Sequence record: NC_020079.1
Direction: 5' to 3' (one strand)
Source of the DNA: Escherichia phage phAPEC8
Length of the DNA: 64,000 nucleotides
Positions 19,814 to 29,137 of this stretch are shown piece after piece (the first letter of the stretch is position 1; each line of letters begins with the position of its first letter). A program made the translations under genes and the position numbers. The notes below the pieces were generated by a model that was given only the letters and a program-made list of their open reading frames with translations, was not told where the DNA came from and did not search any database.

Positions 19814-21967
19814 ATGAAACAAGCTATATTTACTGTCACGCGAGACAAGAGAGTAAATGCGAGTTCATTTAACTACACGACTGTTGATGGAACAGCAGTC
19901 GCTGGTAGAGATTATATTGCAAAATCGGGAACACTTGTGTTCCCTGATGATGCTGATTCTGCTACCATTGTGGTTGAAGTATTTGAACGACCAAAGAACT
20001 CAATAGATCTTAACTTCTCCCTCCAAGTTTCAGGGATTAGTCAAAATAATATGATGGTTGAAACAACCATCAATTGTATTATAACTACTATCCAAGAAAA
20101 TACTACTCCAATAACTTGGACTACAAAAGACGTTAAAATGTTCTCTCCTATGTATTGGACAATAGATTCTCAAGCAACGGAAAGTTGTTCTATTGTATCT
20201 CATGGAGACTCTTTTACTGCAAGATTTGTAAACAGAACAACAGCAGGTTTGGCAGGGGTTATCTGGAGCACAGTTGACAAATATGACCATAAAGGTGTTG
20301 GGTATTTACCCCACACAGATTTAAGTTCAGAGAAACTTTGGTTTAAAATGGAAATTAGTCAAAACATGCCAGGTTTTAAAGAAGAACCTTTGGTGCCGAC
20401 TTTGACTGTAACTCTCCTGGATAAAAGTGTTCATTATGTCAGTTTAGGATTCTACGCTTCAGATATTTCAGAAGATGGTAAAACAGCTACAATCAAGTTA
20501 GATTTTGGTAATATCTTTTCTGGCCCTAATAATGATATTCCTTTGGATATGAGTGCTGTAGATAATATTTTCTTCTCTTTGATTACAGCAAGGTATGAAG
20601 AAATAGAAGAGGTTGTACCTATTGACAGTCAAGAGGCTTGGTTTACTTTCACTCTTCTTGAACCTACTTCTGGTTACAGTATGATGAAAGTCAGCAACCT
20701 TGTCCAGCCTGAACATGATATTCGCATGTGCACATCTTATGATGATATGTATAACCTGACTCCAGAGAGAGTTATTTATAATACATATGCACTAGGTTAT
20801 CGTGGGATGATTAACCATTATAACGGAATGTCTCACTATTATGAGTTCTCATGGAATGGAACATCTTGGGCTTTAAATAAATCTGTTTTCCTGAATCCGG
20901 CTACAGAAGCTTGGCTTAACAGCTTTCATTCTATAGCAAACGAGAAGGGCTACACAATAATGAACTCTTTAAGTTTTGAATTGATGAGCACAGTTTGTCC
21001 TGTAGAATGGGTCCAGCATGATTGGAACGATGCTCTTGCAGCAACAGGGTATAAACCTCCTAGTTATGTGTTGTCTCCAACTATTGACGAAGGTATGGAA
21101 TATTTGCAAAATGTTATTAATAAAATAGCATCTATTTCTCAAGCTAACAATATTCCAGTCGTCATTCAAATTGGTGAACCTTGGTGGTGGTATAATACAG
21201 CAAGTAAAATGCCTTGCATATATGATTACACTACCAAACTGGCATTCAACACAGAAACAGGTTTATTTGCACAAGATGCAGGAACAATAGATAATTATAA
21301 AACAGGAACGCCGTTTGACGAATACTATGCATTTTTGTCTCGTAAACTAGGATTAAGAGTTACAAAGTTTGCAACAGATCCCAGAGCAACTTACCCAGGA
21401 GCCAAGGTAACATTGCTTCCGTTCTTGCCATCAATTATCGGCAACGGTTTGATGGAGAAAGTTAACTTTCCGTCTGATTACTACATTCCTGAAACTTTTG
21501 ATTTTTACTGTTCAGAGTGTTACGACTGGCTTCTGGAAGGTAAAATGATGAAAGCATTCGATGCAATTACCATACCACATGAAAAATTAGGTTTTGAATA
21601 TTCTGATATTCACTATCTTTCGGGTTTTGTTCCAGATGCTACTCTTGCACCTTTGTATGGCTTCGATCCTGAATCAAACTACCGAACGTATCTTTGGAAA
21701 ATGATTATAGGCAATATAGTATTGAACGCCAACAAGTTTGACGGACTTACACAATATATATGGGCCTATCCTCAAATAATGCACGATTCCATCACGGTAG
21801 TTAATTCTCAATCTCAAGTTTTCTATATGGGTAACGTGCCTTTGAACGTTTATTTACAGGATATCACTCTTAAACAGGTAAATGTTGAGATTGCCACCAT
21901 AAGTGGAATTACATTAGCCACTAAATCTGGAGAAGATTTGGTAACAACACAAAAATTTTATATATAG
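19814..21967 (+). CDS. tail fibre/spike protein with N-terminal Calx-beta-like segment (putative)
   Basis: 717 aa; N-terminus TTVDGTAVAGRDYIAKSGTLVFPDDADSATIVVEVFERP resembles a Calx-beta motif; lies within the receptor-binding gene block. Confidence 0.35.
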   Translation: MKQAIFTVTRDKRVNASSFNYTTVDGTAVAGRDYIAKSGTLVFPDDADSATIVVEVFERPKNSIDLNFSLQVSGISQNNMMVETTINCIITTIQENTTPITWTTKDVKMFSPMYWTIDSQATESCSIVSHGDSFTARFVNRTTAGLAGVIWSTVDKYDHKGVGYLPHTDLSSEKLWFKMEISQNMPGFKEEPLVPTLTVTLLDKSVHYVSLGFYASDISEDGKTATIKLDFGNIFSGPNNDIPLDMSAVDNIFFSLITARYEEIEEVVPIDSQEAWFTFTLLEPTSGYSMMKVSNLVQPEHDIRMCTSYDDMYNLTPERVIYNTYALGYRGMINHYNGMSHYYEFSWNGTSWALNKSVFLNPATEAWLNSFHSIANEKGYTIMNSLSFELMSTVCPVEWVQHDWNDALAATGYKPPSYVLSPTIDEGMEYLQNVINKIASISQANNIPVVIQIGEPWWWYNTASKMPCIYDYTTKLAFNTETGLFAQDAGTIDNYKTGTPFDEYYAFLSRKLGLRVTKFATDPRATYPGAKVTLLPFLPSIIGNGLMEKVNFPSDYYIPETFDFYCSECYDWLLEGKMMKAFDAITIPHEKLGFEYSDIHYLSGFVPDATLAPLYGFDPESNYRTYLWKMIIGNIVLNANKFDGLTQYIWAYPQIMHDSITVVNSQSQVFYMGNVPLNVYLQDITLKQVNVEIATISGITLATKSGEDLVTTQKFYI

Positions 21968-21975
21968 GAGTAAAA

Positions 21976-24741
21976 ATGTCAACTACAATTACTAATTTAC
22001 CCGAAACATCAAAAGTTAATGGTTCTGATTACCTGGTTTTAGATCAACCTGATAAGACTGTTAAAAGCACAGTTTCCAACTTTCTTACTGACACTGGGGT
22101 GGTTTTAGCCACCCAGCTAAAAGATACTTCTGGAGCTACCAAGTATCCAGAACTTCAAATGTCACGTTGGAGAGATGAAGGTGATCCTAGAGGATGGGGA
22201 GCAGTAGGTGACGGAGCAACAGACGATACTAATGCCATAACACAGCTTCTTGCTGCTATGCCTGATGGATGGATTGTTGATGGGCGTAATCTCACTTTCA
22301 AGGTTACAACACTACCAGATATAAGCAAGTTTAAAAACGCTGCTTTTGTTTACGAGCGTATTGTTGGACAACCCCTTACTTACGTATCTGAGGGTTTCTT
22401 TGATGGAAATCTGACAAAAATTACGGATACACCATTTTACAATGCTTGGACGCAAGATAAGACGTTTGTTTATGACAATGTTATATATGCACCATTTATG
22501 GCTGGCGAACGTCATGGTGTACAAAACCTCCATGTAGCGTGGGTTAAATCAGGAGATGATGGACAAACTTGGTCTATGCCAGAATGGTTAACTCCAATTC
22601 ATCCTGATTATAATGCCTCTTCAGCAAACAAAGTTAACTATCATTGTATGAGTATGGGTGTATGTGGTAATCGCTTATATGCGGTGATCGAAACCCGTTA
22701 CTTATCTAACATGCGATTGAAGAAAGCAGAACTTTGGTCACGTCCAATGCCTTATTATAGAAGGCCAACTGGAGGCATAACAATTAGTTCTGGGTCTACT
22801 ACAGCGACAATTGTTTTAGAAAAGCATGGTCTTAAAGTTGGAGATGCTGTTAACTTTTCCAATTCAGGTGCAACTGGCGTATCTGGAAATATGACTGTTG
22901 CATCTGTAATTAACAAGGATACATTTACTGTTACATTAGCGAGTGCTGCCACATCTAATATAGATAATACAGGAACTACTTGGCATTTTGGAACACGTTT
23001 CTGGGATAGCCCTTGGGAAATTACAGAATTACCAGATGTTGCCTATTCTACTAATGCAGATTTATGTGTTACAGAAACCCATAGTTTTACAGTTATAGAT
23101 GATGATAATTACACTTTTGCTGTTGGTTATCACAATGGTGATGTTTCCCCAAGAAGATTAGGTATTTTGTATTTCAATAATGCTTACTCTGACCCAAGTT
23201 CTTTTACTCGTAGAACAATTAGTCAAGAATATGCTGACAATGCAGCAGAACCCTGCATTAAATATTATGATGGAATTTTATATTTAACTACCAGGGGTAC
23301 TTCAACTTCTGCTGCTGGTTCTACATTAGCAATGAGTACCGACCTTGGAGAAAACTGGAACTACTTAAGATTCCCTAACAACGTTCATCATACAAACTTA
23401 CCATTTGCAAAAGTTGGTAACTACCTTTATATCTTTGGTACAGAACGTTCATTCGGAGAATGGGAAGGAGAAGAACTAGATAATAGATATAAAGGCACGT
23501 ATCCTCGAACGTTTATGTGCAAGATTAATGTATCTTCATGGCCTACATCTTTATCCGATGTTCAATGGTTTAATATCACTGATCAGATGTATCAAGGGCA
23601 TATTGTTAATTCTGCATGTGGTGTTGGTTCGGTATGTGTTAAAGATGGTTGGTTATATTATATCTTTGGAGGCGAAGATTTCTTATCTCCTTGGTCTATT
23701 GGGGATAATAGTAAAAAATTATGGTACAAGCATGATGGTCATCCAGCCGATTTATATAGTTATAGACTAAAGATTACCGAACATGATTTTGTATCACGTG
23801 ATTTCAAATATGGAGCTACGCCAAACCGTACATTGCCTGTATCTATGGGTACAGATGGGGTAAGGCATGTCTCAGCCCCTGTAACTTTTGATAATGATGT
23901 ACAAGTATACTCTTTAACAGTTACTGGCCTTGAGCATGATGGGACACAACAATCTGCCGTTAGAATAAAATTAGATGGTGATTATGGGGTTGTTGCAAAA
24001 AATGTCCCAATAAAAAATCCTTCTAAACAGCGACTAATCCTATGTGGAGGAGAAACTCCTTACGTTACTGATGGATCGCTATTACAACTATATGGTTCAA
24101 ACCATACGTATCCAAACAGAGCAGTTTTATATGCCCCAGGAGGAGCATATACCCAAAATAATTTCATGCCGTATTTAGATGGACAAGTTGCATTAGGCGG
24201 TGCGTCTAACAGATGGTCAGAAGTGTACGCATCTACAGGAACCATTAATACTTCAGATGGAACATTAAAAACTAAACCTACAGAGATTGAAGATATTTTA
24301 CTGAAAGCATGGGAAGATATTCATGTAATCTCTTACCAATGGCTTAGTGCTGTCGCGGAGAAAGGAGATTCTGCGCGTATTCATTTTGGTGTTATAGCTC
24401 AAGATGTAAGAGATATTCTGATTAATTATGGCTTAATGGATGAAAATAGCACTGATTGTAAGTATGCTTTTCTGTGTTATGATGAATACCCTGCTATGTA
24501 CGATAGTGTTGTTACGGGACAAAAAGAAATCCCTTTATTTGATGATGAAGGGAATGTTGTAATTGATGAAGAAGGTAATCCAGTAACAATCGTAGAAGAT
24601 GTTGTAGAAACTATCGAAATAATTCCAGCAGGATCGCGATGGGGTATCCGCGCTGACCAAATGTTTTTTATTGAGATGGCTTATCAACGTAAAAAGTTAA
24701 AAGCTCTTGAAGAAAGACTTGCAACCCTGGAAAGTAAATAA
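21976..24741 (+). CDS. endosialidase-like tailspike with C-terminal intramolecular chaperone (peptidase S74-type)
   Basis: 921 aa; WGAVGDGATDDTNAIT motif, Asp-box repeats (SGDDGQTW, STDLGENW), and a C-terminus (HFGVIAQDV...SRWGIRADQMFFIEMAYQRKKLKALEERLATLESK) typical of the self-cleaving chaperone domain of endosialidases and L-shaped fibres. Confidence 0.6.
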   Translation: MSTTITNLPETSKVNGSDYLVLDQPDKTVKSTVSNFLTDTGVVLATQLKDTSGATKYPELQMSRWRDEGDPRGWGAVGDGATDDTNAITQLLAAMPDGWIVDGRNLTFKVTTLPDISKFKNAAFVYERIVGQPLTYVSEGFFDGNLTKITDTPFYNAWTQDKTFVYDNVIYAPFMAGERHGVQNLHVAWVKSGDDGQTWSMPEWLTPIHPDYNASSANKVNYHCMSMGVCGNRLYAVIETRYLSNMRLKKAELWSRPMPYYRRPTGGITISSGSTTATIVLEKHGLKVGDAVNFSNSGATGVSGNMTVASVINKDTFTVTLASAATSNIDNTGTTWHFGTRFWDSPWEITELPDVAYSTNADLCVTETHSFTVIDDDNYTFAVGYHNGDVSPRRLGILYFNNAYSDPSSFTRRTISQEYADNAAEPCIKYYDGILYLTTRGTSTSAAGSTLAMSTDLGENWNYLRFPNNVHHTNLPFAKVGNYLYIFGTERSFGEWEGEELDNRYKGTYPRTFMCKINVSSWPTSLSDVQWFNITDQMYQGHIVNSACGVGSVCVKDGWLYYIFGGEDFLSPWSIGDNSKKLWYKHDGHPADLYSYRLKITEHDFVSRDFKYGATPNRTLPVSMGTDGVRHVSAPVTFDNDVQVYSLTVTGLEHDGTQQSAVRIKLDGDYGVVAKNVPIKNPSKQRLILCGGETPYVTDGSLLQLYGSNHTYPNRAVLYAPGGAYTQNNFMPYLDGQVALGGASNRWSEVYASTGTINTSDGTLKTKPTEIEDILLKAWEDIHVISYQWLSAVAEKGDSARIHFGVIAQDVRDILINYGLMDENSTDCKYAFLCYDEYPAMYDSVVTGQKEIPLFDDEGNVVIDEEGNPVTIVEDVVETIEIIPAGSRWGIRADQMFFIEMAYQRKKLKALEERLATLESK

Positions 24742-24789
24742 TACAGCTTAGGTGGTATTTCAATCTTTATATCCCACTTAGAGGTACTC

Positions 24790-25053
24790 ATGGCTAAAGA
24801 GAAAAATGGTTTTAAAAAATTTATTCGCGGAATGTTCTGCACTTACCCCGGCAACGGGGTAAGCTCTACGAAAGTCTGGAACGCTGTAGGCATGTCTGTT
24901 ATGACAGGCATGTTTATCTTTTTAGGAATAGAAAAAGAAATTCCTGAATGGATGGGCTGGGCTTTTGTTTTCATGATAACCCCTTCTCGCCTCATGAAAA
25001 ATCTTATTGATTTACGTTGGGGCAGATCACAATCTACCAAAGAGGATGACTAA
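24790..25053 (+). CDS. small two-TM membrane protein (holin-like topology)
   Basis: 87 aa; two hydrophobic helices (VWNAVGMSVMTGMFIFLGI, WMGWAFVFMITP) and a charged C-terminus; embedded between tailspike and baseplate genes. Confidence 0.4.
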   Translation: MAKEKNGFKKFIRGMFCTYPGNGVSSTKVWNAVGMSVMTGMFIFLGIEKEIPEWMGWAFVFMITPSRLMKNLIDLRWGRSQSTKEDD

Positions 25054-26540
25054 TGGACGAATATGGTTTGACAGATGCGGGATTTGTAATCCCGACTTTT
25101 GACGATGTTTTAAACAACTACATGACAGCAGTAAAAAACACATTTGGTGCAGATGCAGCCACTTCGGAAGACACTGTGATCGGGCAACTGTTTAGAATAA
25201 TTGCATACACAGATTACACATTGTGGGAAGGTATGCAAGGTGTTTATAATACTCAAACACTGGATGGTGCAGAAGGTATTTATCTTGACGAAATCTTTTC
25301 TAAACGCGGTTTCTATCGAGCAGGGGCAGCAGCAAGTACAGGTTATGCATATGTTAAGAGCAATAACAAAGCAGCTTGGACTTATGAGCTAGGCACGGAT
25401 ATTTACTTCAACTCTGATAGTGATATGAACTACTATGTTAGCACACCAACTATGTTGAATGCTAAGATTGCAGCTTATCAAATCTCTTGTGCTAATGCAA
25501 CTGCTACAGGTGTTCCAAATATTACTTTTTATGCACAAAGTGCGGTAGATGGAGGACTAAACAGTAAAACACTTGCACCTGGTTCTTCTACATTTATAAC
25601 CGATCTTGAAACTTTTATCAAGGCAAATTTAACAGAAGCTGATCGTAGTCTTGTATTTTCTGATTCAGGTAACTTATCAATTGGTTTTACTTCTTTAACT
25701 AGTGATACTCCAGTGGGACTGGTAACTCCTATTAAATTTTATGCTAGTGTTCCGGTTGGAACCAAGTGGAGTGAGATTCCGGTAGTTGCAGCAGAGAAAG
25801 GATACAACCCTGTTGGCGTGGAGTCTATTACAGGGATATCTTCTACCTTTACAGGTTATCTTGACAGTGGTAACTTTTATTCATTTTCTCCTGGTCGGGA
25901 TGTTGAGACAGACGCAGAATTCCGCTCTCGTTTCAATGACAACGTTGATGAAGCTAACGCAGGGACACGAGCAGCTATTGTGAAAGCTCTGCTACTTACA
26001 GATGGTGTTACTAAGGTGAAGATTTATGATAACCCTACATTACATGATCAAGAACATGCTCCGGCTATGACTTTCCAGACTATAGTTTATGGAGGAAGTG
26101 CTGAAGAAGTTGCTGAAGTTATTTACAAAACTAAACCAATCAACAGTTTGACACATGGAACAACCAACATAACTGTTACAACGGAAGACGGAGGACAAGA
26201 AATTATTCGTTTTTCTCCTGGTGCTTCTGCTACGTATTCCGTAAAACTTGTTTATCAAACTGTCAACGGAACAACTTTAAGTGGAACAGAAAAACAAAAC
26301 ATTGTAGAAGCTTTACAAAACCTGCAAGCTTACTTTGAATTAGGTTCTTCAGTAACGAACGATCAAATCAAAGGTGTTATTTATGCAGCACTTGCTTTTG
26401 GACGCTTGACTTCTCTTCGTGTTTATGTTAAACTTAATACTGAGGATGACAGTAAATATACAGAGAATAATATAGTTCCTGCTTATAATGTTGTCCCTTC
26501 TTTTGACCTTGATAACATTTCTTACGAGTATGGAGTGTAA
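25053..26540 (+). CDS. baseplate J-like protein (putative)
   Basis: 495-aa ORF followed by a 209-aa ORF, a fibre and a fibre-assembly gene, mirroring the P2 J-I-H-G order; N-terminal pattern loosely similar to gpJ. Confidence 0.4.
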   Translation: MDEYGLTDAGFVIPTFDDVLNNYMTAVKNTFGADAATSEDTVIGQLFRIIAYTDYTLWEGMQGVYNTQTLDGAEGIYLDEIFSKRGFYRAGAAASTGYAYVKSNNKAAWTYELGTDIYFNSDSDMNYYVSTPTMLNAKIAAYQISCANATATGVPNITFYAQSAVDGGLNSKTLAPGSSTFITDLETFIKANLTEADRSLVFSDSGNLSIGFTSLTSDTPVGLVTPIKFYASVPVGTKWSEIPVVAAEKGYNPVGVESITGISSTFTGYLDSGNFYSFSPGRDVETDAEFRSRFNDNVDEANAGTRAAIVKALLLTDGVTKVKIYDNPTLHDQEHAPAMTFQTIVYGGSAEEVAEVIYKTKPINSLTHGTTNITVTTEDGGQEIIRFSPGASATYSVKLVYQTVNGTTLSGTEKQNIVEALQNLQAYFELGSSVTNDQIKGVIYAALAFGRLTSLRVYVKLNTEDDSKYTENNIVPAYNVVPSFDLDNISYEYGV

Positions 26541-26542
26541 AA

Positions 26543-27172
26543 ATGGCAGTGAGTGTTGACCATGTAACAACTTGGGCCAGTATCAATGAAGACGTTAAAA
26601 ACCTTCTGATTGAAGATTTTAAATCTTCTCCTAACATTGTCAAGCTCCTCTACATCGTATCCAGTGAAAAGCAAAAGATAGATCAGGCAATGATCTATCT
26701 TGCTAAACACCGCTTGATCTCCACAGCCACAGGCAAATACCTAGATATCTTAGGAGAAGAAATGGGGATCGAACGTAATGGCTCTGATGATGAAGAGTAT
26801 AGAACAATATTAAAAATCAGGGCTTACCGCGTAGCCTCATCGGGGACTCGTGGTGACATAATTGATATCTTCGCCCGTTTCACAGGAACAGAGCGTGAAA
26901 CGCTTAATACTTACGTAGGTTTGAATAAAACCTTTGATGTGTTTTTCTACAACCTGTGTCTTCAATCTGATCAAGCTTTAGAGCAGTTGCTAAGTGTTTT
27001 CCCTATTATTAGTAGCTACCGTCTTGGAGCAAAAGCAGGATCAGCTTTTGGTTTTAGTTCTTATTATGCTACCAAACCGCCTCATGGTATTGGTGGTTTA
27101 GGTTCCCTGTACATGGAATCTACTGGGGATGAAACAGGACGCATGTGTACGCTTCTCAAGCAAATAGATTAA
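26543..27172 (+). CDS. baseplate I-like protein (putative)
   Basis: 209-aa ORF between the J-like gene and the tail fibre gene; synteny only. Confidence 0.3.
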   Translation: MAVSVDHVTTWASINEDVKNLLIEDFKSSPNIVKLLYIVSSEKQKIDQAMIYLAKHRLISTATGKYLDILGEEMGIERNGSDDEEYRTILKIRAYRVASSGTRGDIIDIFARFTGTERETLNTYVGLNKTFDVFFYNLCLQSDQALEQLLSVFPIISSYRLGAKAGSAFGFSSYYATKPPHGIGGLGSLYMESTGDETGRMCTLLKQID

Positions 27173-27181
27173 GGAGTTTAA

Positions 27182-28243
27182 ATGGCGAAGCCAATATATT
27201 ATCCTGACTGGGCTACACAAACTGTAACGCTCCCAGGAACTTTAAACACAAACAAAATTAGACCTAAAGAAACCATCCGCACAATTGGTATGGATTATGG
27301 TCAAATCATGACTTGCGAAGAGATGAACTGGATTCTTAATAATATCGGTTTATGGATTCGCTATTTGGTGGATGATTTTCTTCCAACTTTACCTAATACC
27401 TACTTGCCTTTAGTGGGAACTAAGATTACAATGGCAGGTGATGCTACTGGTGAGGCCACTTGGAACGGTAACAAAGAAGTTACTTTATCTATCCAAGTTC
27501 AAGATAACAGTCATAATCACTTGTCAGCAAACATTACAGATGCTACTAGTTCAACAGTAACACCAAACGTGTTGGTAAAACGTGATGCGGGTGGTGCTAT
27601 TTATGGTGGCGATGTTTATGTTAACGGTACTTCCACAACAGATCCTGCAACACTGTTCTTCAAAAACTTTGCAGGACAAACAAATGGTGAGATTTCTGCC
27701 GAGTATCAAAGCGGAGGTCAGCTTTACATCTATCGTAGAAATCCTAGCACAGGTAGTGTATCGGCAGGTGTTCGTTTATATGATGCAGGTTATGTTCTAA
27801 TAGATAATCCAAGATCGAACAGTGGACAAGATACTTCTAACGGAAATGCTTTAGTTCGTTTAGATTATCTGAACTCTCGTTTGACTTCCCTTCAGAACAC
27901 ATTGCAGACGAATATTAACACTGTTCAAAACAACTTGAATAATGTTAACAACAACCTCTCTTCTCGTATAAACAATGTAGAAAGTAATCATCAAAGTCAG
28001 ATTACAAATAACTACAACTATGCTAACGGAACCTTTGTAAGAGATATTCGTTATACTAGCCAAGGTGTGTATTATCCACCAGGGAACGAGGTTTCTTGGA
28101 CTTATATCTGTTCTTCTGGTTATGTTCTTTCTGGTATTATCGTACAGGAAACAGGACGTAGCTCTGCGGATAACATCGGTGGGGTTTACTTCAAACGCCT
28201 CCAGCGCAACGTTAACGGAAACTGGTACGATATTGGAGGCTAA
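27182..28243 (+). CDS. tail fibre protein (short)
   Basis: 353 aa; Asn/Ser/Thr-rich central region with heptad-like NNLNNVNNNLSSRINNVESN stretch; immediately followed by a tail-fibre-assembly gene. Confidence 0.5.
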   Translation: MAKPIYYPDWATQTVTLPGTLNTNKIRPKETIRTIGMDYGQIMTCEEMNWILNNIGLWIRYLVDDFLPTLPNTYLPLVGTKITMAGDATGEATWNGNKEVTLSIQVQDNSHNHLSANITDATSSTVTPNVLVKRDAGGAIYGGDVYVNGTSTTDPATLFFKNFAGQTNGEISAEYQSGGQLYIYRRNPSTGSVSAGVRLYDAGYVLIDNPRSNSGQDTSNGNALVRLDYLNSRLTSLQNTLQTNINTVQNNLNNVNNNLSSRINNVESNHQSQITNNYNYANGTFVRDIRYTSQGVYYPPGNEVSWTYICSSGYVLSGIIVQETGRSSADNIGGVYFKRLQRNVNGNWYDIGG

Positions 28244-28789
28244 ATGATATTTACAAACTTTAAAAAATATATTCCTGAAGACCCTGAACTAAAAGAATTG
28301 GTAGAAGCAGAGAACATTCTTTTTCTTCGTTGCGATCAAGGTTACGACTGGTATGATTTACGTAGCACAGAATTCAATAACGATAAAATGAAAGTCGTTT
28401 TTGATGATCAAAATCGTATTGTGTTTTGGAATACTGATCCTACACTACTTTGCCCTGAAGATCTTTCTATAGCACAAGTAGATTTTAATATAGATACTTT
28501 TGAGGATATTAGGAACAAGGTTCTGGATTTAGAAACCTTAACTCTTAAGGATAAAGAGTATTCCCGTGAAGAGTTGATGACACAAGCTAGTGCAAAAATT
28601 CGCTCTTTACAAGAAACAGCGGTAGCACTTATAACACCTTTACAGTATGCTAAAGATTTAGAAATGGCTACTGAAGACGAATTAGCTTATCTTAAAAATC
28701 TTCAAGTTTATGTAGTTAAACTAAATCGTGTTCCGCTTCAAAAAGACTATCCTTACGCTATAGATTGGCCTACATTACCGACAGAATAA
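28244..28789 (+). CDS. tail fibre assembly protein (Tfa/gpG-like)
   Basis: 181 aa; C-terminus AYLKNLQVYVVKLNRVPLQKDYPYAIDWPTLPTE matches the conserved Tfa ending (W..YR..LNRVD...P.I.WP..P). Confidence 0.6.
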   Translation: MIFTNFKKYIPEDPELKELVEAENILFLRCDQGYDWYDLRSTEFNNDKMKVVFDDQNRIVFWNTDPTLLCPEDLSIAQVDFNIDTFEDIRNKVLDLETLTLKDKEYSREELMTQASAKIRSLQETAVALITPLQYAKDLEMATEDELAYLKNLQVYVVKLNRVPLQKDYPYAIDWPTLPTE

Positions 28790-28798
28790 GGGATCACT

Positions 28799-29134
28799 AT
28801 GGAATTTCAAGAAGCATGGGGACTTGCAAAGGATGCAATAATCCCTTTAATCGGAGTCATCTGGTTCTTTTTCAAACAAAAAATGGATAAATTCGGCTCT
28901 GATCTTGAGGAAATGGAGGAGAAAAGTCGAGAGCTAGAGAAGAAGTTGGTCTTTGTTGAATCAACTTACGCAACTAAAGCCGAACTTACCCAGATGCTAA
29001 ATCAAATTAACTCTACATTAATGGCAAATAACAACACCCTTGAGCAAAAAATTGAAAAGATTATGGACCTCAAGAATGCGACTATCCAAATGATGCTAGA
29101 TGACATAGTTAAACGTACACAGAATAAGGGGTAA
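28799..29134 (+). CDS. small protein with N-terminal TM helix and coiled coil
   Basis: 111 aa; hydrophobic IIPLIGVIWFFF followed by charged helical region; function unknown. Confidence 0.4.
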   Translation: MEFQEAWGLAKDAIIPLIGVIWFFFKQKMDKFGSDLEEMEEKSRELEKKLVFVESTYATKAELTQMLNQINSTLMANNNTLEQKIEKIMDLKNATIQMMLDDIVKRTQNKG

Positions 29135-29137
29135 TTA

